Shown here in pieces: positions 19,513 through 29,077 of a DNA stretch of 64,000 nt. Positions within the stretch are counted from its first letter, which is position 1; each line of letters starts with the position of its first letter. The translations under genes were made by a program, and so were the position numbers. Origin of the DNA: Vicinamibacterales bacterium (GTDB taxonomy: Bacteria; Acidobacteriota; Vicinamibacteria; Vicinamibacterales; UBA8438); assembly GCA_958296065.1 (NCBI GenBank), contig CATQHX010000079.1, positions 68,417 through 132,416 of the forward strand. Direction: 5' to 3'. Under the pieces are notes generated by a model, which worked only from the letters and a program-made list of their open reading frames with translations, did no database searches and had not been told where the DNA came from.

Positions 19513-21300
19513 ATGCTCGCATCCGGCTCGCCGTGGTTCCCGTTCCGTTCGGCGTTCATGGCGTGCGGTCTGGTGGCCGTCCTGTGCTTGCTGATCGTCC
19601 CGCCGGCTCTCGCACAGGAAGCGGACCGCATCCGCCCGGTCACCGACGCGGAGCTGGCGAACCCGAGTCCCGACGAGTGGCTGATGTGGCGCCGGACGCT
19701 GGACGGCTGGGGCTACAGCCCCCTCGACCAGATCGATCGCGACAACGTCGGCGAGTTGCGGCTGGTCTGGTCGCGGGCGCTGACCCCCGGCCGCCAGCAG
19801 GGGACCCCGCTGGTCCGCAACGGCGTGCTGTTCATGCCCAATCCGCGGGACATCATCCAGGCCCTCGACGCGGTGACCGGCGACCTCATCTGGGAGCACC
19901 GGCGGGATCGCCCCGACGACCTGGGCGACTACATGATCGGCACCCTGATCGACACGAACCGCAACATCGCCATCCACGGCGAGCTGATCATCGACACGAG
20001 CATGGACGACCATATCTTCGCGCTCGACGCGGAGACGGGCGAGGTGGTCTGGGACACCGAGATCCTCGACTACCGCGTGAACCCGGCCAACCAGACCTCG
20101 GGGCCGATCGTCGCAGGCGGCAAGGTGTACTCCGGGCGGAGCTGCGACCCGCGCGGAGGGCCGAACGGGTGCGTCATCACGGCGCACGACGCGGAGACGG
20201 GCGAGGAGCTGTGGCGGACGCGCCTCATCCCGGCCCCCGGCGAGCCGGGCGACGAGACGTGGGGCGACGTGCCGTTCGAGGAGCGCACGCACGTCGGCTC
20301 GTGGATGGTGCCGAGCTACGACCCCGAGCTGAACATGGTCTACGTCGGCACGTCGGTCACCTCGCCGGCGCCGAAATACATGCTCGGCGGCACCGACCTG
20401 ACGCACCTGTACCACAACTCGACGCTCGCTCTCGACGGCGACACCGGCGAGATCGTCTGGCACTACCAGCACATGAACGACCACTGGGACCTCGACCACC
20501 CGTTCGAGCGCCTGCTGGTCGACACGGCGGTGCGGCCCGACCCGTCCGCGGTGAGCTGGATCAACCCGCGGCTGAACGCGGGCGAGGTGCGCCGGGTGGT
20601 GACCGGCATTCCCGGCAAGACGGGTATCGTCTATACCCTCGACCGCGAGACCGGTGAGTTCCTGTGGGCTACCCCGACCATCGTCCAGAACGTGGTGAGC
20701 GGTATCGACGGGGCCACCGGCGTGGTGACCGAGAACGCGGAGCTCATCTTCACCGCCGCGGGACAGACGGTGCTGGCCTGCCCCCACGCCAGCGGCGGGA
20801 AGGACTGGGAGGCGGGCGCCTACAGTCCGCTGACCAACACGATGTACATGCCGCTGCGCAACGTCTGCTCGCGGATGATGGCCATGGCCGCGCCGGACGA
20901 GCAGGACGAGGCGCGCCGGCTCTACGCCATCGCCTGGCGCCCCGAACTCGCGCCGGGCTACGACGACGTGGGGAGCGTGCAGGCCATCTCGGCCGAGACC
21001 GGCCAGGTGACCTGGAACTACCAGCAGCGGGCCGCCACCATGGCCTTGGCCGCCACCGGGGGCGGGCTGGTGTTCGGCGGCGACGTGAACGGCCGCTTCC
21101 GGGCCTTCGACGACACCACGGGGGAGATCCTGTGGGAGATCAATCTCGGCTCGCCCGTGTCCGGCTTCCCGGTCACCTTCGCGGTCGACGGCCGCCAGTA
21201 CGTGGCCATCAGCACCGGCTACGGCCGCTTTCTGGAACTGACGCCGGAGCTGCGTCCGAGCAGCAACAACAACCTGTTCGTCTTTGCCTTGCCGGAGTAA
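19513..21300 (+). CDS. PQQ-dependent dehydrogenase, methanol/ethanol family (paralogue 3 of the close trio)
   Basis: ATG 19513 preceded by AGGAGG. Signal peptide. Long stretches are identical to the 15600 gene (e.g. the last ~110 residues differ at only a handful of positions). Confidence 0.9.
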   Translation: MLASGSPWFPFRSAFMACGLVAVLCLLIVPPALAQEADRIRPVTDAELANPSPDEWLMWRRTLDGWGYSPLDQIDRDNVGELRLVWSRALTPGRQQGTPLVRNGVLFMPNPRDIIQALDAVTGDLIWEHRRDRPDDLGDYMIGTLIDTNRNIAIHGELIIDTSMDDHIFALDAETGEVVWDTEILDYRVNPANQTSGPIVAGGKVYSGRSCDPRGGPNGCVITAHDAETGEELWRTRLIPAPGEPGDETWGDVPFEERTHVGSWMVPSYDPELNMVYVGTSVTSPAPKYMLGGTDLTHLYHNSTLALDGDTGEIVWHYQHMNDHWDLDHPFERLLVDTAVRPDPSAVSWINPRLNAGEVRRVVTGIPGKTGIVYTLDRETGEFLWATPTIVQNVVSGIDGATGVVTENAELIFTAAGQTVLACPHASGGKDWEAGAYSPLTNTMYMPLRNVCSRMMAMAAPDEQDEARRLYAIAWRPELAPGYDDVGSVQAISAETGQVTWNYQQRAATMALAATGGGLVFGGDVNGRFRAFDDTTGEILWEINLGSPVSGFPVTFAVDGRQYVAISTGYGRFLELTPELRPSSNNNLFVFALPE

Positions 21301-21459
21301 AGGATGTTGACGGAGGCCACCTTGCCGTGTCGCAGGCGTGCCGTGTCGAGAAGCACGGACTGCCCTTGCACAAGTCGGCAAGTCCATATCGCTCGCTGTC
21401 CTGCCGAGCGGGCGACCGGACATGCAGGGAAACCTGAAAACAGAGAAGAGAAGAGACCA

Positions 21460-22473
21460 ATGACCAGATTTGCCATTCTCGGTGCGACCTTCGTCGGTTT
21501 GCTGCTCGCGGGCGCTCCGGCCCCCGCCACGGCTCAGGAGAACTGCGCGCCCGACGGCGATGTCCAGTTCATTTGTGGCCCGGTCAGCCCGGAGGACTTT
21601 GCGCAGGTGCCCGATTCCCCCTGGGTCGTGGTTCCCAACATGGTGGACAACGGGCCGATTCAGGCGGTCGACACCCGCGACAACAGCGTGGTCACCATCT
21701 TCCCGGCCACGGCCGACGCGCGGCACGACCGGGCGACGTACGGCGACTGTCCCGGTCCGGTGACGTCGAATATCCGGCCGCACGGGTTGTACCTCCGTCC
21801 CGGCGACGCCGGCCGTCACACGCTGTTGGTCGTCGGCCACGGCGCGCGCGAATCCATCGAGGTGTTCGAGCTGGACGCGACCGGATCGCAGCCGGCGCTC
21901 ACCTGGGTCGGCTGCGCGGTCGCGCCCGAGGGGATCGGGCTCAACTCGGTCGTCGCGCTTCCCGAGGGCGGCTTCACGGCCACGAGTCCCGCCACGCTCG
22001 ACATCTGGGAGTGGCAGTCCGGCGCGGGCTGGAGCCGGGTCCCCGGCAGCGAGGACATCGGGCCCAACGGCATCGAGATCTCCCGCGACGGCGAGTGGTA
22101 CTACGTCGGCGGCTACGCGGCGCAGGCGCTCATCCGCCTGTCGCGCAACCGCACCCCGCCCGAGCTGCACCCGATATCCGTCGACCACTACATCGACAAC
22201 GTGCGCTGGGGCGCGGGCAACACGCTGCTCGCGGCCGGCCACATCGGCCCGACCCGCGCCTCCATCGGCGAGTGCATCCGCGAGGGCAACTGCGACGGCG
22301 TCAGCTCCCGCGTCACGCGCATCGACCTCGACACCCTGACCGCAGAGGAGGTCGTCAACTACCCGGCGAACGATCTGCTGATTCTCGGCACCGCCGCCAT
22401 CGACGTGGGCGACGAGATCTGGGTCGGGCAAGTCGCCGAGGGGGACCGGATCGGGCGCTTCCCGTCGCAGTAG
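21460..22473 (+). CDS. Secreted six-bladed beta-propeller protein, SMP-30/gluconolactonase/paraoxonase-like
   Basis: Internal ATG 21460. Signal peptide MTRFAILGATFVGLLLAGAPAPATAQ. GPNGIEISRDGEWYYVGG and GLNSVVALPEGGF blade motifs typical of SGL/arylesterase folds. The family call is tentative. Confidence 0.6.
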   Translation: MTRFAILGATFVGLLLAGAPAPATAQENCAPDGDVQFICGPVSPEDFAQVPDSPWVVVPNMVDNGPIQAVDTRDNSVVTIFPATADARHDRATYGDCPGPVTSNIRPHGLYLRPGDAGRHTLLVVGHGARESIEVFELDATGSQPALTWVGCAVAPEGIGLNSVVALPEGGFTATSPATLDIWEWQSGAGWSRVPGSEDIGPNGIEISRDGEWYYVGGYAAQALIRLSRNRTPPELHPISVDHYIDNVRWGAGNTLLAAGHIGPTRASIGECIREGNCDGVSSRVTRIDLDTLTAEEVVNYPANDLLILGTAAIDVGDEIWVGQVAEGDRIGRFPSQ

Positions 22474-22490
22474 CTGCTCTTTCTCTCGAT

Positions 22491-22531
22491 TGTTGCGCCG
22501 GTCCCCGGCATGGGCGATGATGCGAGGGTTC
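22491..22531 (+). promoter_or_regulatory. Conserved ~41-nt upstream element, copy 1 (before the cytochrome c gene)
   Basis: tgttgcgccggtccccggcatgggcgatgatgcgagggttc is nearly identical to 30913-30955. It contains TTGCGC-N17-GATGAT (possible -35/-10). It is out of frame with the downstream CDS. Confidence 0.45.
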
Positions 22532-22574
22532 GGCTGCCCGGGGCCGGAGGCTGAATCGCGAGCGGAGAGGTGGT

Positions 22575-23021
22575 ATGGGAGCGAAGCACAGGAGTCTGAT
22601 TCGCGGGAGGCGCCGCTTCGCGGTCGTCGAGGCGGTGTTGGTGGTCGGGTTGATCTCGGCCGGATGGGTTTCGGCACCCGTCGGCGCGCAGTCGGGCGCC
22701 TCCGTGCTCGACGGGGTCTTCACGGAGGCGCAGGCGACGCGCGGCGAGGCGACGTTCCGGCGGGTCTGTTCCGCCTGCCACGACACCAATGAGTTCTCGG
22801 GCGGCCGGTTCAGGCTGACCTGGGTCGGCCAGAGCGCCGCCGACCTCTACGACACGATCGCGACGCTGATGCCGGAAGGGGATCCGGGGAGCCTCACGCC
22901 CGCGCAGTACGCGGGGGTCGTGGCCTACCTGCTGCAGGTGAACGGCTACCCGGCCGGCGAGTCGGCGCTGCCGACGAGTCTGTCGGCGCTGCGGACCATG
23001 GAGATCGTGGAGGCGCCGTAG
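22575..23021 (+). CDS. Membrane-anchored or secreted mono-haem c-type cytochrome
   Basis: 148 aa with an N-terminal hydrophobic segment, a single CSACH haem-binding motif and a downstream Met-containing LMPEG segment. It resembles the cytochrome domain of quinohaemoproteins. Confidence 0.8.
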   Translation: MGAKHRSLIRGRRRFAVVEAVLVVGLISAGWVSAPVGAQSGASVLDGVFTEAQATRGEATFRRVCSACHDTNEFSGGRFRLTWVGQSAADLYDTIATLMPEGDPGSLTPAQYAGVVAYLLQVNGYPAGESALPTSLSALRTMEIVEAP

Positions 23022-23086
23022 GGGAGCCGGCGGCCCGCGGCCCGCCGGTGGATGTCGCTGCACGGGCCGTTTACCCCCACTTCTGA

Positions 23087-23123
23087 GGCAGGCAATCTCG
23101 TCTCTCGGGCAGGCAATCTCGTC
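23087..23123 (+). promoter_or_regulatory. Perfect 16-bp direct repeat (x2, 21-bp register) upstream of the PQQ dehydrogenase at 23163
   Basis: ggcaggcaatctcgtc at 23087-23102 and again at 23108-23123. A third half-site, gcaggcaa, lies at 23134-23141. This is a candidate transcription-factor operator. Confidence 0.4.
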
Positions 23124-23162
23124 GCCGTCGCTCGCAGGCAACGGAAGGGAAGGACCAGACCC

Positions 23163-25244
23163 ATGCAGGGCTCGATGACACGGTTCGCAATCCGGACCTC
23201 GCTCGGCGCATTCCTTGTGGTCGGGGTCGTGGCAGGCGCCGTCGGCGGCGTCCTGTTGGCTCCCGTTCCGGCCGTCGCCCAGGAGACCGGGACGCCGGCC
23301 GGCGAGTGGCGCTACATCGGCGGCGACGCCGGGCACACGCGCTACTCGGGCCTCGATCAGATCACCGCCGACAACTTCGAGGACCTGGAGCTGGCGTGGG
23401 TCTGGCGCGGCGACAACTTCGGGTCGTCCGCGCTAGGCGTGTCGCGTTCGACGCCGATCTACGTCGACGGCGTGCTCTACACCGTGGCCGGCGAGCGCCG
23501 CACCGTGGTGGCCATGGATCCGGCGACCGGTGAGACGCTCTGGACCTTCCGTGAGGCGCACACCACCCGCTTCGACCGCGGGATGCGCCAGGGCTACGGC
23601 AAGGGCGTGGCCTACGCCGAGATCGACGGCCGCGGCGTCATCTACATCATCAGTCCCGCCTTCTTCCTCCACGCGCTCGACGCCAAGACCGGCCGGCCGC
23701 TGGAGAACTGGGGCAACGCGGTGCCGCTGCCCGGCTTCCCGCAGACCGGCGTGGTCGACATGCTGCCCGACCTGATCGCCGACTGGGGCCCCTGGCAGAG
23801 CTGGGACGGCGCCTACGACCCGGACTTCGGCATCCCCCGCGAACTGGGCTACATCACCAGCTCGTCGCCGCCGATCGTGGTCAACGGCGTGGTCGTGGTC
23901 GGCAACTCGGCCGAGCAGGGCTACAACCAGACCCGCGTCGAGAACGTGCCGGGCGACATCCTCGGCTACGACGCCCGCACCGGCGAGCACAAGTGGAAGT
24001 TCCACGTCATCCCGCGCCCCGGCGAGTTCGGGCACGAGACCTGGGAGAACGACGCCTGGGAGTGGACCGGCGACGTCTCGTCGTGGGCGCCGCTGTCGGC
24101 CGACGCCGAGCGGGGGCTGGTCTACGTGCCGACCAACCCGCCGACCATCGACTTCTACGGCGGGTTCCGGCCCGGCGACGGGCTGTTCGGGACCAGCGTC
24201 ATCGCGCTCGACGTCGAGACCGGCGAGCGGGTCTGGCACTTCCAGACCGTGCACCACGACATCTGGAACTTCGACAACCCGACCGCGCCGGTGGCTCTCG
24301 ACGTCACCGTGGACGGCCGGCCTCGGCAGATCGTCGTTCAGGCGACCAAGCAGGGCTGGGCCTATACCTTCGATCGGGTGACCGGCGAGCCGGTCTGGCC
24401 CATCGAGGAACGGCCGGTGCCGCAGTCCGAGGTGCCGGGCGAGCAGCTCTCGCCGACCCAGCCGATGCCCACCCGGCCGGCCGCCTACGAGATGCAGGGG
24501 CTGACCGAGGACGACCTGATCGACTTCACGCCGGAGCTGCGGGCCGAGGCGCTCGAGATCATCCGGAACTACCGGATTGGACCGATCTTCAATCCCCCGA
24601 TCCAGCGCGGGCACCCGTCGGGGCTGCGCTCGTTCGTGAGCTGCCCGAGCGGCGCCTCGAACATCCACGGTCCGACGTCGGCGGATCCCGAGACCGGCAT
24701 CATCTACGTCGGGACGCGGCGCGGCTGCCGCTCCGAGAACATCGTCCCGGGCGAGCTCATCGATGCCCCTAACGACATCAAGACCACCGGCCGCACCTAC
24801 TCCCAATTCGCGGTCGTGAACCGCGGCGACTTCCGCGGGCCGCAGGGCCTGCCCATCTACAAGCCGCCCTACAGCCGCATCGTCGCCATCGACATGAACA
24901 CCGGCGAGCACCTCTGGGAGACGCCCAACGGCGACACCCCCGAGCGCATCCGCAACCACCCGGCCCTGCAGGGCGTGGAGCTGCCGAACACCGGCGTGCC
25001 GGCGCACCCGGTCACCATGGTCACGAAGACGCTGCTGATCACGGCCGAGGGCACGGCCGGGCTGCCGCGCCTGCACGCGCTCGACAAGCGGACCGGCGAG
25101 CGGCTCGGCACGGTGGCGCTACCCGCCTCGGGGCAGTACGGGATGATGGGCTACCTGCACGAGGATCGGCAGTACATCGTGGTGCAGGTGGCCGGGCCCG
25201 GTCTGCCGGGGTCGCTGGCGGCGCTGCGGTTGCCGACGCCCTGA
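23163..25244 (+). CDS. PQQ-dependent dehydrogenase, long soluble clade (paralogue B of 13420)
   Basis: Internal ATG 23163. Signal peptide, [47 protein letters not shown], ends [12 protein letters not shown]...AALRLPTP. Collinear with 13420-15498. Confidence 0.9.
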   Translation: MQGSMTRFAIRTSLGAFLVVGVVAGAVGGVLLAPVPAVAQETGTPAGEWRYIGGDAGHTRYSGLDQITADNFEDLELAWVWRGDNFGSSALGVSRSTPIYVDGVLYTVAGERRTVVAMDPATGETLWTFREAHTTRFDRGMRQGYGKGVAYAEIDGRGVIYIISPAFFLHALDAKTGRPLENWGNAVPLPGFPQTGVVDMLPDLIADWGPWQSWDGAYDPDFGIPRELGYITSSSPPIVVNGVVVVGNSAEQGYNQTRVENVPGDILGYDARTGEHKWKFHVIPRPGEFGHETWENDAWEWTGDVSSWAPLSADAERGLVYVPTNPPTIDFYGGFRPGDGLFGTSVIALDVETGERVWHFQTVHHDIWNFDNPTAPVALDVTVDGRPRQIVVQATKQGWAYTFDRVTGEPVWPIEERPVPQSEVPGEQLSPTQPMPTRPAAYEMQGLTEDDLIDFTPELRAEALEIIRNYRIGPIFNPPIQRGHPSGLRSFVSCPSGASNIHGPTSADPETGIIYVGTRRGCRSENIVPGELIDAPNDIKTTGRTYSQFAVVNRGDFRGPQGLPIYKPPYSRIVAIDMNTGEHLWETPNGDTPERIRNHPALQGVELPNTGVPAHPVTMVTKTLLITAEGTAGLPRLHALDKRTGERLGTVALPASGQYGMMGYLHEDRQYIVVQVAGPGLPGSLAALRLPTP

Positions 25245-25472
25245 GCGTGCGAACGCGGGCTCGGCTGGGCCACGGCGGGTTTGCATATTGCCCACACCGT
25301 GGGCGATATGCGCCCGCTTCGTGGTCAATCTGCCGGCGTCACGTCCCAGGCGGTTGCACGGTGCGGTCTGTCGCGGAAATCAAGGAGCGGTCCGTCGTCC
25401 AGGTTGAGGTGCGGCACAGACGCCGCACTTGACATTCGGGGCCGTCCACTGAATCTGGATCCGAGGCGGAAC

Positions 25473-26789
25473 GTGGATTTCCTCTCTACTCGTGAACAGG
25501 CGTCGTCGATCGTACTTGCCGGCTTTCTGACCTGGATCTTGACGAGAAAGGATCTTCGCAGGCACGTTCCGGAATTGCTCAAGCAGTTGCTGTCGCCGGC
25601 CCTCTTGCTGCCGTTCCTGGCGATGTTTTCTCATATGTTCCTGGAGGTCTGGATTGGATTCCAACTTGGCTTCTGGCACGGGGGTCTCGCAACAGCTACC
25701 GTCATCTGGGCGTTCGCATCTGGCGGGGTTCTGCTATTCAAGAGCGCGGGTGAAGCACATGAAAATCCATTCTTCTTTCATGCCACAGCTGCTGCGACCC
25801 TTGCCCCGACTGTCTTCGTGACGTTCTTCATGAACTTGGCCACACTCGGTCTATTGGCGGAGGTTGCCTTGCAGCTCTTGCTCTTCCCCGTGACGATAGG
25901 ATCGGTGGTCGGACATTCTCGTACGGATCGCGAACACCAACGTATCGCGCAGCTGTGTGACACTGTTCTTCTGGCAGTCGTACTCTCTTGGTGCGCGTAC
26001 TCCTTTCTTCACCTGTACGAAACCTGGGATAGCCTGGACCTCCGCCCCTTGATCGAGAAGCTAGTCCTTCCAATGTGGCTCACCGCCGGGTTGTTGCCAT
26101 TTCTTTTTGCCATGAACTTGTATGCGGCTTACGAACGTGCGTTCAGAATTGTCGGCAGCCAGACGACGACGTTCCGGGCACGTCAGCGAGCACGCATCGC
26201 GATCGCTCTGACGCTGCACTTCCGCGCGCGCGACGTAGCTCAACTACAGCACTATTGGACGCGAAGAATTGCTAACGCAGAGACACTCGGAGCTGCTCGA
26301 TCTGTCGTTAGGGAGTTTGAGCGGTCTCTCCGAGGTCGCGAACATGCGATCGTCGAGGAAGTAAGCGGACTCGTGCGGTACGCCGGTGTGGACGGAACTG
26401 ATGCCGAGGGCCGCCGGCTGGATCGGCGAGAGTTCCGGGAGACCATCAAGGCACTACGTTGGCTGGCGACTTGCCACATGGGTCACTATCGCAAGCGCAA
26501 ACGATACGATGACGAGTTGCTTACGCTACTGGGCGACAGTTCTCACACAAGACATGGCCTTCCGAGAGATCCGGGAATCAAGATGAAGGTCGCAGAGGAC
26601 GGGCAGCGATGGTTTGCGTACCGGCGCACGATCAGTGGATGGTGCTTTGCGATCGGCGCGGCCGGCCCTCCGCCGGGCCAGTGGGAATACGACGGCCAGG
26701 ACCCGCCGACCGGTTTTCCTGGTGAAGATCCCGGTTGGGGAGATATTCCATACAGAGAGGCGGTGAGCCGAAACTGGGACTGGGACTGA
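25473..26789 (+). CDS. Polytopic membrane protein with a ~200-aa cytoplasmic C-terminal domain, unknown function
   Basis: ORF 25281-26789; start uncertain (GTG 25473 is the first plausible start before the first TM). About 7 hydrophobic helices, then a charged domain (RARQRARIAIALTLHFRARDVAQLQHYW...). Lower GC than the flanks. Confidence 0.45.
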   Translation: MDFLSTREQASSIVLAGFLTWILTRKDLRRHVPELLKQLLSPALLLPFLAMFSHMFLEVWIGFQLGFWHGGLATATVIWAFASGGVLLFKSAGEAHENPFFFHATAAATLAPTVFVTFFMNLATLGLLAEVALQLLLFPVTIGSVVGHSRTDREHQRIAQLCDTVLLAVVLSWCAYSFLHLYETWDSLDLRPLIEKLVLPMWLTAGLLPFLFAMNLYAAYERAFRIVGSQTTTFRARQRARIAIALTLHFRARDVAQLQHYWTRRIANAETLGAARSVVREFERSLRGREHAIVEEVSGLVRYAGVDGTDAEGRRLDRREFRETIKALRWLATCHMGHYRKRKRYDDELLTLLGDSSHTRHGLPRDPGIKMKVAEDGQRWFAYRRTISGWCFAIGAAGPPPGQWEYDGQDPPTGFPGEDPGWGDIPYREAVSRNWDWD

Positions 26790-26859
26790 AGGGCTGCATG
26801 GCGCGACGGCGTGGAGGCCGGCGCCCCAGATGGTTAGATGTCGCGACTCGACCCGTGGT

Positions 26860-28416
26860 CTACTCCGCGCGCCATTGGAGCAGGGCCGCCTTGAGTCCAT
26901 CCACCAGGGGCTGGATGTCGCTCTCCTTGCGGATAGCCTCCAGTCGCGCAACCACCCGGCCGATGTCGGGCTCGGCCCAACCAAGGGGTTCCGCCAGGCC
27001 ATGGAGCTTCGCCTTGGCGATCGTCCCTGGTCGGTCGTCCGCGGTGTCGTACACGGCATCCAGCTGGTTCATACGCTCGGCCAGTTCGGCGGAGTCTATG
27101 CGGAGTTCGGTGGACGAGCCGGCCGGGTCGCGGCGCAGGGCGTTCCAGATCCAGCTCTCGGGAGCTTCGTTGCCGGGAAGAAACAACACTGGTACGGCGG
27201 TTCCGGCTCTGGCATGTATTGTCTGTTCGAGATCGCTGTCGCGCTTGTCGCCGTCGAGCACGAAGACGAAGTTCTGGATCTGACCGAACTTCCTGAACGC
27301 GGTAGCGTGCATCGGGAACTCGTTCGCTCCGGTGTCGCGACCTACGCGGACGGATTCCCTGTTGATGCGCTCACGCGGCAGGAGGACGTCGAATACACCC
27401 TGCAGGACGCCCTCCGCGGCGGAATCCTCGCAGAGGAGATTGAGCGCGTCGCCCGATCGCCCGTAGAGCGCGTTCTGCACCACGTCCCGATAGGCGGGCC
27501 GCACGGTCACCCGGCCCGTGTCGTCTCGCTCCAGGAAGATGCGCCCGTGGGCGGGCACCGAATCGAGCACGACCGGGCTGTGCGTGGTGACGACGACCTG
27601 CAGGTCGTTGCGAAGCGCGAGCTGCTGCAATTGCAGCATGAGGAGCTGCTGCACCCACGGGTGCAGGCCTGCTTCGACTTCATCGATCAGCACCAGGGCG
27701 CCTTCGAGCTGGGCGATCTCCCGCGCGAGGCGGAGGATGGCCCTTTCGCCGGCGGCCATGTGCAGCTCGGAGTACTCCGCGCCCCGTTCCTGCGCGGCGA
27801 AGAGCAGGTTCTTGGCGCCGTTGCCGCCGGAGAGGTTGACTACCTCGGCGTACCGGGAGGGAAGCATCTGCTGTGCGAACTCGATTTGCGACGCCGTCAA
27901 GGGTGTTTCCCGAGGGGCGGAACTCAGGCGCGACATGCTCAGCACGCCGCGCACCTCGGACGGATTGCTGAGGTTGCTGAGCGTCCGGAGATAGACCGGC
28001 CCCTCGGGCTGGGGGGCGTTCTTGCGGCCGAGGAAGCTGCGATTCCAGCCCTTCGCGCGACGCCAGCGCATGGACCGGCGGCCGTCCGGCGTCGAATAGT
28101 CGAACTCGACGACTATCTCGTGCTTCGGGTCCTCGCGTGCGCCCACCTTGGGGCGGTAGTCGGGAAAGAGCGTCGACGGCACGAAGTCCTTCACGCCTGC
28201 GCCCGGCACCTTGTAGGCGCAGGCCGCCGCGAAGAGCACGGTCGATTTGCCGCTGGCGTTGCCGCCGGCGATGACGCTGACCGGGTAGTCGAACTTGATC
28301 CGGACGTCGTCGATGCCGCGAATGCCCTCCAGGTGGATCTCCGCCAGGAAATGCGGCAGGTGGGGTTTCCTGCCCTGCAGTCGCTCCCAGAGAGCCCTGA
28401 AGCGCCTTTCGATCAT
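26860..28416 (-). CDS. ABC-type (AAA_15/21-like) ATPase fused to a C-terminal Toprim/DUF4435-like module; OLD-family / fused PARIS (AriAB)-like
   Basis: Walker A GGNASGKST, Walker B LVLIDEVEAGLHP, H-loop TTHSP. The C-terminal third carries LLCEDSAAEGVL and FVFVLDGDKRD (acidic Toprim-like motifs). RBS GAGGA before ATG 28416. Confidence 0.75.
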   Translation of the reverse strand: MIERRFRALWERLQGRKPHLPHFLAEIHLEGIRGIDDVRIKFDYPVSVIAGGNASGKSTVLFAAACAYKVPGAGVKDFVPSTLFPDYRPKVGAREDPKHEIVVEFDYSTPDGRRSMRWRRAKGWNRSFLGRKNAPQPEGPVYLRTLSNLSNPSEVRGVLSMSRLSSAPRETPLTASQIEFAQQMLPSRYAEVVNLSGGNGAKNLLFAAQERGAEYSELHMAAGERAILRLAREIAQLEGALVLIDEVEAGLHPWVQQLLMLQLQQLALRNDLQVVVTTHSPVVLDSVPAHGRIFLERDDTGRVTVRPAYRDVVQNALYGRSGDALNLLCEDSAAEGVLQGVFDVLLPRERINRESVRVGRDTGANEFPMHATAFRKFGQIQNFVFVLDGDKRDSDLEQTIHARAGTAVPVLFLPGNEAPESWIWNALRRDPAGSSTELRIDSAELAERMNQLDAVYDTADDRPGTIAKAKLHGLAEPLGWAEPDIGRVVARLEAIRKESDIQPLVDGLKAALLQWRAE

Positions 28417-28457
28417 GATCGGGTGTCCTCGCTGTCGAGTGCTCTACGGCGCGGTCT

Positions 28458-28541
28458 TCACGGCCGGAAGCAGGCGGCGTGGCGCGGTTGGTCGGCGTCG
28501 AGGAAGGCCAGCAGGGCGGACGTGTCGACGAAGAGTGTCAC
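28458..28541 (-). pseudogene. vapC: Truncated PIN-domain toxin (27 codons only)
   Basis: GTG 28541 overlaps the vapB stop. Reads VTLFVDTSALLAFLDADQPRHAACFRP*. The PIN N-terminus with its first acidic residue is present, the rest is absent, and the ATPase gene starts 42 nt downstream. Confidence 0.55.
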
Positions 28542-28786
28542 GAATCGAATGCCTCGTCGAGATACCGGTCGTGGTCCTCGGCCAGATCGCGGCATCCGGA
28601 CCGGAACCGACCGGCCAGGGCCAGCGCGCGACGAGCGAGTTCGCCGTGCTCCACGACATGATGGCGCGCGAGATACTCGGAAACGCTTTCGCGCACGAGA
28701 TCGGCCATCGAGCGTTCCTGCAGGCGCGCCTGTACCCGGAGCGCCTGCGCTTGCGTTTCGGTCAGTTGGATCTGCGTGCGAATCAT
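28538..28786 (-). CDS. vapB: Ribbon-helix-helix (CopG/VapB-type) antitoxin
   Basis: MIRTQIQLTETQAQALRVQARLQERSMADLVRESVSEYL is a classic RHH N-terminus. 82 aa from ATG 28786. Confidence 0.7.
   Translation of the reverse strand: MIRTQIQLTETQAQALRVQARLQERSMADLVRESVSEYLARHHVVEHGELARRALALAGRFRSGCRDLAEDHDRYLDEAFDS
28545..28595 (-). repeat. 51-nt repeat, copy 1 (3' end of vapB)
   Basis: tcgaatgcctcgtcgagataccggtcgtggtcctcggccagatcgcggcat matches 30821-30871 at 44 of 51 positions in the same orientation. Confidence 0.8.
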
Positions 28787-29077
28787 GATGACATGGTAGC
28801 TGTTGTGATGGCATGCGGTCACGGTCTATCGCCGCCGCATCTCATGGTCGCACTACACGGGTCTACGTGCGTCAGACGATAGCGATCCGCGCAGATGCGG
28901 CTCTGCGGGGCGGCATCAATTGCGCGAACCGAGCTGGGCGGTCTTGATGGCATCGTTCACACCCGAAGAAAGCACTCGACGCAAATCCAGCGAGCGCGTA
29001 TCGTAGTGCGTGCAGACAGGCCTCTGCGGCACGTCGCCGGCGAGCGGACACGGGCCATCCGACCGACGGTTCGTCCC

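Noticed and set aside
23087-23141. Possible CRISPR array or minisatellite from the repeated ggcaggcaatctcgtc
   Set aside because: There are only two full copies with a 5-nt spacer, no cas genes and a promoter-proximal position. It is better explained as an operator. No CRISPR-like repeat-spacer structure was seen anywhere in the window.
26830-28788. 652-aa plus-strand ORF across the ATPase gene
   Set aside because: It is antisense to the ATPase, whose Walker A/B and H-loop motifs are unambiguous. It has no motifs of its own.
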